Origin: a virus
Length of the DNA: 14,057 bases
Strand: one strand, 5' to 3'
UHGV virus genome: UHGV-0369625
Positions within the stretch are counted from its first letter, which is position 1; every line of letters begins with the position of its first letter. The notes under the pieces were generated by a model. The model had not been told where the DNA came from, ran no database searches, and was given only the letters and a program-made list of their open reading frames with translations. Shown here one piece after another: positions 8,579-14,057 of this stretch. A program made the position numbers and the translations under genes.

Positions 8579-9265
8579 TCACTCCTTCTCTTCTTTTCCG
8601 TAGTGGAGTTGGCCAATTTTGATAAGAGGGCGTCCCTGAGATTTGCGGTGTAGATTGGTATCGCGCAGAGAATACACACAGCCACAATATTCCTGCTGAT
8701 AGAATTTTTCGCGCTTGCTGATTTCAATCATACGGGACGAGCCGCCCTGCTTGCGCCAGTTATAATCCCAGTACACCATACCCGGATAATGCGCAACAGC
8801 TCGCCGCCCACACTCGTTAACCTGCTGCATATTTTTCCAGCGTGAAATGCCCAGTGAACTGCTGATCACACTGAAACCATTTTCAGCAGCGTACAACGCT
8901 GTCCGCTCAAAACGCATGTCAAAACACATGGTACAACGGATCCCCCTCTCAGGCTCCCATTCCATTCCTTTGGCACGTTCAAACCAGTTGTCTGTGTCGT
9001 AATCAGCATCAATAAATGGCACGCCGTGTTGTTCAGCAAAGCGAATATTTTCATCCTTACGAATTAAATACTCTTTCTGAGGATGAATGTTCGGGTTGTA
9101 GAAAAAGATGGTATAGTCGATTCCCGAGGCCTGAAGCGCCTCCATCACTTCACCGGAACATGGAGCACAGCAAGAGTGCAGTAGTAGTTTGTTTGCCCCG
9201 TTTGGGAGCTCCAATTTAGGCCGTTTGAAATCAGCAATAGTCATAAATATTTTTATTGGGGTCAT
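8579..9265 (-). CDS. QueH-like epoxyqueuosine reductase (DUF208 family), 228 aa
   Basis: Motifs [29 protein letters not shown] and EYCGCVYSL match what I recall as QueH hallmarks. ATG 9263-9265 (no clear SD); alternative ATG 9244. Stop TGA 8579-8581. Confidence 0.75.
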   Translation of the reverse strand: MTPIKIFMTIADFKRPKLELPNGANKLLLHSCCAPCSGEVMEALQASGIDYTIFFYNPNIHPQKEYLIRKDENIRFAEQHGVPFIDADYDTDNWFERAKGMEWEPERGIRCTMCFDMRFERTALYAAENGFSVISSSLGISRWKNMQQVNECGRRAVAHYPGMVYWDYNWRKQGGSSRMIEISKREKFYQQEYCGCVYSLRDTNLHRKSQGRPLIKIGQLHYGKEEKE

Positions 9266-9418
9266 GAAAATAGCACAGAGTGTAGCATCAGAGCAGGTCT
9301 ATCGGGAATATATGTCTAAATCTGGTAATATCTGGTTTTGACGCAAAGCGGACAACCACGCTGGCTCTACCCTGCGCCATGAAAATGTCAATTCACATCT
9401 GAACTAATGCTCTTTAAT

Positions 9419-9844
9419 CTAGTAACGTCTAAAATACCTAACATTTCCTTGATAAAATGCCAGTACACGCTGCATAGCTTCGCTCTTCCGGCACTCGCGA
9501 CAGATTATATTCAGGCGCCTGTCGTAGCGGCGTATTTCGCCGTCTGGTAACGACCAGATAAGGTCCGGATCAACCACTGCAGGTTTCTTCACCTTTGCCC
9601 TTGAGAGTTTTTTGCGAGCATTTTGCCAGTCCTTACGCGCCTGTTCAGACGGGAATAACCCGTAACCAGAGTTGTATACATCGCCACTGGCAACCAGCTC
9701 TCTGGCGAGAACACTCATCAGATATCTTGTCGCACCTGTCCTGGCTTCCAGTTGCCGCAACGTCTCGCGACCGCTCAGACGTACAAGTTCAACAACCTGC
9801 CCTTTAATTTTTTCCCGCTCTTCTTGTGTAAATACTTTTGCCAT
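9419..9844 (-). CDS. Hypothetical basic protein, 141 aa, translationally coupled to the upstream DUF1627-like gene
   Basis: ATG 9842-9844 with GGAGG SD; the track start at 9859 is TTG. Lys/Arg-rich; ends ...CRECRK.... No family recognised. Confidence 0.65.
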   Translation of the reverse strand: MAKVFTQEEREKIKGQVVELVRLSGRETLRQLEARTGATRYLMSVLARELVASGDVYNSGYGLFPSEQARKDWQNARKKLSRAKVKKPAVVDPDLIWSLPDGEIRRYDRRLNIICRECRKSEAMQRVLAFYQGNVRYFRRY

Positions 9845-9859
9845 AAGCGCCTCCGGCAA

Positions 9860-10630
9860 TCACTTTTCCGATACAACACGGCGGGAAGAATCAGTAATCT
9901 GTCGAACAATATCCCGGTGCTTGTTCAGCTCCCGCAGCGCGGCGCAGACTCGCTCCCACTTCTGAACATCACTTTTCGCCCTGCGCAGCGCCAGGTTTGC
10001 CCTGCGAAGGGACGGAAAAATCAGCTCATCTGCTTGCGTTTCGGTAAACGATGGCAACGGCTGCACAATGTCCGCCACAGTTTCTGTTTTAATTTCTTCC
10101 TGTGTTGCGGCTTCCCGGACTGGTAACGCAGCACCTGCTGGCTGAGGAAAGGCCTTACCATCACTTTCCGTTACCAGCGCGGCTTTCGGCTCTGCTGGTA
10201 AATTATCGCCCGGCATGCAGTAACGAAATTTACCGTTCTGATTAACGCGTGCCAGCCGCCCCGTTGCGGTTACCACCGCCAGCGTGGAAGCAACCTTGCG
10301 AGTACTGACACCGAACTTACCCGCCAGTTCCTCACACGTTTTAGCCCCATCCTGACCGATAAACTCAATCATCATGTCTGCGGTAACTTTTTGTTCGACC
10401 TCCCCGGTCAGCATATCCTGTGCTTCAGATTTTACTGGCCGCTCTTCGGTTACCCGGGATTCACCTTCGCCAGCCAGAAACCAGGTGTGACCAGTTTTAT
10501 CAACGACGCCTTTTCTTTTGAGTTCCCACAGCTCGTTGACAGCCTCTTCACGACTGATTCCAAGGCGAGCTGCCACCACATGTGAAGAGGCTTTTTTCAG
10601 TGCTTTCAGTGCGTCAGATACGGTTTCCAT
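9860..10630 (-). CDS. Prophage protein with N-terminal winged-helix-like domain (DUF1627-like), 256 aa
   Basis: ATG 10628-10630 with GGAGGAAA SD; begins 21 nt after the DnaC-like stop. Family assignment from recall. Confidence 0.75.
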   Translation of the reverse strand: METVSDALKALKKASSHVVAARLGISREEAVNELWELKRKGVVDKTGHTWFLAGEGESRVTEERPVKSEAQDMLTGEVEQKVTADMMIEFIGQDGAKTCEELAGKFGVSTRKVASTLAVVTATGRLARVNQNGKFRYCMPGDNLPAEPKAALVTESDGKAFPQPAGAALPVREAATQEEIKTETVADIVQPLPSFTETQADELIFPSLRRANLALRRAKSDVQKWERVCAALRELNKHRDIVRQITDSSRRVVSEK

Positions 10631-10651
10631 TAAAATTTCCTCCGGACAAAA

Positions 10652-11398
10652 TTACTTCACAACCCTCATATTGCTGACATTTGGACGCCAGCTATCCCAG
10701 TTAAACGTCACCCATCGACCACCGTTCATGGTCATGCGGTCCATAATCCTCTCACCAAGAAGCGTACTCATTGCGGCATGATTCAGGTTTGTTAACATCC
10801 CGACACTGCACAGTGATGCTGTCCGGCGATCAATTATCTGGTGCAATACCACCTGCTCGTTTTTCGTCTCCCGCTGAACGCCTATTTCATCCAGGACCAG
10901 CAAATCAACCCCGCAAAGCTCCTGTAAAAATTTTTCCCCGGATTTGCCGTTGTCGTAGCTGTCATGCAACACGCTCATGACGTCAGACACGGTGACGATA
11001 ATCACGCTGCGCCCCTTCACCATCAGCCGGTTGCCCATCGCCGCTGCAAGGTGATTTTTCCCGGTGCCGGTTTTACCGCTGAACACAAAATTCGTGCACC
11101 CGGTCATCAGTTCGTCAGCTATGGATTTGGCCTGGCTCAGCGCGTATTTTTGCCCGTCGTTCTGCACCTGATAATTTGCAAACGAGCATTTGCTGTGCAG
11201 AGGCTGGATGCCCGAACGATTCAGGATTTTTTCCACCCGCAACTGGCGATTCTGGCGGTTAATCTCCTCGCTGCGTTTTCGTCCTTCAGCAAGTTGCCAT
11301 TCCCGCCACTCCTCCACCGTCCGGTACGGTGGAACCGACCCCTGTGGTGCAAGTCTGCGAATACGTTCAAGAACCCCAACTGCCGCAATGTTTTTCAT
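10652..11398 (-). CDS. DnaC/IstB-family AAA+ helicase loader (lambda P analogue; YdaV-like), 248 aa
   Basis: Walker A GKTGTGKNHLAAA and Walker B DLLVLDEIG; ATG 11396-11398 lies 7 nt after the O-like stop. Confidence 0.9.
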   Translation of the reverse strand: MKNIAAVGVLERIRRLAPQGSVPPYRTVEEWREWQLAEGRKRSEEINRQNRQLRVEKILNRSGIQPLHSKCSFANYQVQNDGQKYALSQAKSIADELMTGCTNFVFSGKTGTGKNHLAAAMGNRLMVKGRSVIIVTVSDVMSVLHDSYDNGKSGEKFLQELCGVDLLVLDEIGVQRETKNEQVVLHQIIDRRTASLCSVGMLTNLNHAAMSTLLGERIMDRMTMNGGRWVTFNWDSWRPNVSNMRVVK

Positions 11399-11404
11399 GA
11401 CACG

Positions 11405-12367
11405 TCACCCCCTGAATCCCGGCGGTATTTCAGTGTCCGGTTCAGAAATGTGATTCACGCAACGCTGCGCAGGCGAACGCCCCAGGCGGATAACCAGTTC
11501 ATCCCATTTTTCCCGGAGTTTTGCCGGACTCATGATGTTTTTTACCCAGAACGAATCCCGCTGGAGACGCCCAAACATTTCACAAATTTGTCTGTGAGTT
11601 CTGCCATCCAGCATCCGCATTGTGCGAACGTCATTGGCCCATGCTGTCCAGTTGGGTTCTTTCGGTCTAGTGATCTCGCCATCATAGCTGGCCGCCTGCT
11701 CGTAAAGACTCACGATTCGTCCCCAGATCCACTGTGCGCACACCAAATCTTCCTGACTTCCCCACTGGCGTTTTTTCGCACTGAACACAACCGCGTCAGG
11801 GTGTCGGGTTAAAAAATCCTGTTCAGCCGTCTGCGGGTCCGGTTGCGAAGCGTCCGGACAAGAAGATCTTTTATCTGACGGATCAGGTTTTAATACTGAC
11901 GGATCGGGGTCAATCATCGCCCCCCTAATCGGCAGTTTTTTATCAACAGTTGATCCATCAAAATTTGACGGGTCAACCGTTGAGGGGTCAATATTTGACG
12001 GGTCAACTGTTAACGGGTCATTTTTTGCCGGGCTAATTTTTCTTTTCGGTTTATATGACTCACGCGCCGCCGCCGCAGCTGCTTCGAGTTTTTCCACATT
12101 AAGCCGATAGATATTGCTTACATTACGCCCACCGACCTTACGCTCTTCCTTCGTCAGCCAGCCCTCTTTCGCCAGTTCTGCAATAGCCGATTTCACTGTG
12201 GATTCACTTCTTGCACCGATCTGACGCCGGATAGTTTCAATGGCAGGCCATGACACGCCCTCGTCATTGCTGTAGTCTGCAAGACGGGCCATAACCGCCA
12301 CCCTGGATAAGATCATGCCGGTGAAGGCGCACCCTTCCCAGACAAGACCATGAAGCTTGCTGCTCAT
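11405..12367 (-). CDS. Replication initiator (O-like / YdaU-like) with N-terminal HTH and internal origin iterons, 320 aa
   Basis: ATG 12365-12367; the track start at 12382 is GTG. N-terminal MARLADYSNDEGVSWPAIETIRRQIG... HTH-like. Repetitive peptide DPSNIDPSTVDPSNFDGSTVD is encoded by the DNA iterons. Confidence 0.85.
   Translation of the reverse strand: MSSKLHGLVWEGCAFTGMILSRVAVMARLADYSNDEGVSWPAIETIRRQIGARSESTVKSAIAELAKEGWLTKEERKVGGRNVSNIYRLNVEKLEAAAAAARESYKPKRKISPAKNDPLTVDPSNIDPSTVDPSNFDGSTVDKKLPIRGAMIDPDPSVLKPDPSDKRSSCPDASQPDPQTAEQDFLTRHPDAVVFSAKKRQWGSQEDLVCAQWIWGRIVSLYEQAASYDGEITRPKEPNWTAWANDVRTMRMLDGRTHRQICEMFGRLQRDSFWVKNIMSPAKLREKWDELVIRLGRSPAQRCVNHISEPDTEIPPGFRG
11897..12022. repeat. 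Origin-of-replication iterons (at least 4 direct repeats of about 13 bp at 15-bp spacing), followed by an AT-rich tract to about 12060
   Basis: TTGACGGGTCAAC (11965-11977), TTGAGGGGTCAAT (11980-11992), TTGACGGGTCAAC (11995-12007), TTAACGGGTCATT (12010-12022), plus a degenerate copy GGGGTCAAT at 11906-11914; then ttttttgccgggctaatttttcttttcggtttat. Confidence 0.75.
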
Positions 12368-12389
12368 AAAACCCCCGAACACCGTGCTT

Positions 12390-12815
12390 TTAGTGCATCA
12401 CCACAGCATTCCCTGCCGGGCCGCCGCGATTCATCTGGTCATACAAAACAACCGCTGACGCAACAAAATCATCGACATCCTTCACCAGCCGATCCCTCCG
12501 TTCGACGATCTCACGGTAATATTCAGAACTGTGGCTGCGCATACGGGCCACCAGCAAAGGCGGCATCGCCTTTTCGATCGCCGGTAACAGAGCCTGCATT
12601 TTTTCAACAGCATCAGGGGTGTCTTTCTCTACCCAGCGGAAAATTTTCTGGGTATTGCGAGCCAGGGCTTCCGGATGGCTGTCGTCATACAGTTCTGGGA
12701 ACGTCATACCCAACTCAAAATAAGCCTGGGTTATTCCAGCTGCTGGAACTTTTTCGCCATCAGGACGCGCCCAGGCATTCATCGCCATGCGGATGTGTTC
12801 ATGCTTGATTTTCAT
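12390..12815 (-). CDS. YdaT-like protein (reported functional analogue of lambda CII), 141 aa
   Basis: ATG 12813-12815 with AGGAG SD; lies between cro-like and O-like genes as ydaT does in Rac; identity from recall. Confidence 0.75.
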   Translation of the reverse strand: MKIKHEHIRMAMNAWARPDGEKVPAAGITQAYFELGMTFPELYDDSHPEALARNTQKIFRWVEKDTPDAVEKMQALLPAIEKAMPPLLVARMRSHSSEYYREIVERRDRLVKDVDDFVASAVVLYDQMNRGGPAGNAVVMH

Positions 12816-13080
12816 GAATCAAGCTCCTAGAAAGTGGTTGTGTTAACGTTTTGGTATCTTCCAGCTCGGGCCAAATATTCATCCAATCAAAAGGCCTTAG
12901 TTGCTGACGTGTAACTTCACCATTACTGGCTCGCTCAATAAGGACACATAACGATGCCCCTAACACTTGACCTTTACTCAATGCCTTTCTTAGATAACCG
13001 ATGCTGGTACCACACTCGCATGCAAACATACGCTGTTCATCTGACGAAAGAGAATTGAGAAATATTCTTAATTCTTCCAT
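12799..13080 (-). CDS. Cro-like / YdaS-like HTH regulator, 93 aa
   Basis: ATG 13078-13080 with AAGGAG SD; motif IERASNGEVTRQQLRP.DW resembles YdaS; first gene of the rightward operon, divergent from the repressor. Confidence 0.8.
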   Translation of the reverse strand: MEELRIFLNSLSSDEQRMFACECGTSIGYLRKALSKGQVLGASLCVLIERASNGEVTRQQLRPFDWMNIWPELEDTKTLTQPLSRSLIHENQA

Positions 13081-13104
13081 AGCTACTCCTTAGTAAACAC
13101 AGCA

Positions 13105-13152
13105 AAGAATACCCACAGGTAAACAAAAGTCAATACCCACAGGTTGTTTACC
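13105..13152. promoter_or_regulatory. Candidate OR operator/promoter region between cro-like and repressor genes
   Basis: Direct repeat AATACCCACAGGT at 13108-13120 and 13132-13144, with GTAAAC/GTTTAC half-site-like elements. Candidate -35 TTGACT and -10 on the minus strand for cro; candidate -35 TTTACC / -10 TATTAT on the plus strand ending just before the repressor ATG (leaderless). Confidence 0.5.
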
Positions 13153-13180
13153 TTGCGGTAATCGCATCTATTATTTACCT

Positions 13181-13600
13181 ATGGACAAATATGAATTTAG
13201 ACGACAGCAACTCATCAAAATTCGTGATGAGAAATGCGATGGTAAAGCGGTTAACGTGGCCAGAAAGATCGGGCGCGAGCCTTCTTATGTATCAAGAATG
13301 TTGTACCCAGAGGGGAAAAAGGGAAAAAAACGGATCGCTGATGATATGGTGGAGATTATCGAAGAGTCCTTTGGGTTACCCCGGGGATGGATGGATGGTA
13401 TCGTTTCATCATCAACGAACACAGCCTCCAGTTATGAAACAAGGGTTCTAACGCCACGACAACGTATTTTTTTAGATCTCTTAGACGAACTGCCAGAAAG
13501 TGAAGCGGATAAATTATTAAAAACTCTTGAAGAGAAAAAACAGTATTACAATATGATCTACGAAGAAATCCGTAAAAAGAAAGCACAAAACGCATCATAG
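13181..13600 (+). CDS. Putative prophage repressor (CI-like HTH protein), 139 aa
   Basis: Divergent from the cro-like gene; HTH-like segment KAVNVARKIGREPSYVSRMLY; flanked on both sides by operator-like repeats; no SD upstream of ATG 13181. Confidence 0.7.
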   Translation: MDKYEFRRQQLIKIRDEKCDGKAVNVARKIGREPSYVSRMLYPEGKKGKKRIADDMVEIIEESFGLPRGWMDGIVSSSTNTASSYETRVLTPRQRIFLDLLDELPESEADKLLKTLEEKKQYYNMIYEEIRKKKAQNAS

Positions 13601-13640
13601 CTCACCAAACAACTAGTCACCAGTTAAGACACCGCAAAAA

Positions 13641-13684
13641 TTTACCCATGGGTATTTACTTTTTAAATACCTATGGGTATCCTT
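13641..13684. promoter_or_regulatory. Candidate OL operator/promoter: two palindromic sites
   Basis: TACCCATGGGTA (13643-13654, perfect 12-bp palindrome) and ATACCTATGGGTAT (13667-13680). Both share the TACCCA/TGGGTA half-sites seen at OR. Candidate -35 TTTACT / -10 TATCCT overlapping. Confidence 0.5.
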
Positions 13685-13865
13685 CTTTTCATACCAACCC
13701 ACCCCGCCCCACAGAATGCAGGGCAATACTTCGAGTTACCAGGCAGTGGTCAGGGGTTAAGTAGCCAGCCCGAGGCGTAAGAACATGACGGCAGGGTTCA
13801 ACTTTAATAACTATGCAGCAGGTTTTTGTTCCGCTACCCCGGCGTTAAGGGGAAATGAGGTCAGC

Positions 13866-14021
13866 ATGGATACTATCGATCTTGGCAACAACGAATCTCT
13901 GGTGTACGGCGTGTTTCCCAACCAGGACGGCACGTTCACCGCGATGACGTATACCAAAAGCAAAACGTTTAAAACCGAAAATGGTGCCCGTCGCTGGCTG
14001 GAAAGAAACTCAGGTGAGTGA
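13866..14021 (+). CDS. YdaF-like small protein, 51 aa; possible longer form from ATG 13785 (78 aa)
   Basis: ATG 13866 preceded by GAGG SD; MDTIDLGNNESLVYGVFPNQDGTFTAMTYTKSKTFKTENGARRWLERNSGE matches Rac YdaF as recalled. An upstream in-frame ATG at 13785 also has a GAGG-like SD. Confidence 0.6.
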   Translation: MDTIDLGNNESLVYGVFPNQDGTFTAMTYTKSKTFKTENGARRWLERNSGE

Positions 14022-14022
14022 T

Positions 14023-14057
14023 ATGGATTTCGACACAATCATGGAAAAGGCTTACGA
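14023..14057 (+). CDS. 5' end of a further leftward-operon gene (MDFDTIMEKAY...), truncated by the window edge
   Basis: ATG 14023 immediately after the preceding stop, with AGGTGA SD; only 11 codons visible. Confidence 0.35.
   Translation, partial: MDFDTIMEKAY

Noticed and set aside
10964-11812. 282-aa plus-strand ORF
   Set aside because: Antisense to the DnaC-like and O-like genes, which have clear motifs; skewed His/Pro/Arg/Phe-rich composition and no SD. It looks like a shadow ORF.
12350-12808. 152-aa plus-strand ORF
   Set aside because: Entirely antisense to the YdaT-like gene; Pro/His/Ser-rich low-complexity translation.

Overview
This window reads as a contiguous segment of a lambdoid prophage from an Escherichia/Shigella-type genome; that assignment is from recall of protein families, not a database search. 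Almost all genes run on the minus strand in canonical lambdoid order, from high to low coordinates: divergent repressor / Cro-like immunity switch (13.0-13.7 kb), CII-analogue (YdaT-like), O-like initiator with an internal iteron origin, DnaC-like helicase loader, a nin-like accessory region, Q antiterminator, and a lysis cassette of pinholin with dual start, DUF1327 protein, SAR-type endolysin and Rz with embedded Rz1. Three cold-shock paralogs (cspI, cspB, cspF) and several small genes are interspersed as morons. The early region resembles Rac (ydaS/T/U/V/F-like) and the late region resembles Qin (quuQ, ydfU, rem, hokD, essQ, rrrQ, rzpQ, cspI, gnsB, ydfO), so the element looks mosaic. The most unusual content is in the nin-like region: a QueH-type (DUF208) epoxyqueuosine reductase-like gene beside a solitary hok toxin with no relBE, and a tightly coupled DUF1627-like / 141-aa gene pair. 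The supplied ORF track accepts TTG/GTG starts, so several starts were re-set to internal ATG or SD-supported codons. No CRISPR array, tRNA or rRNA was seen.
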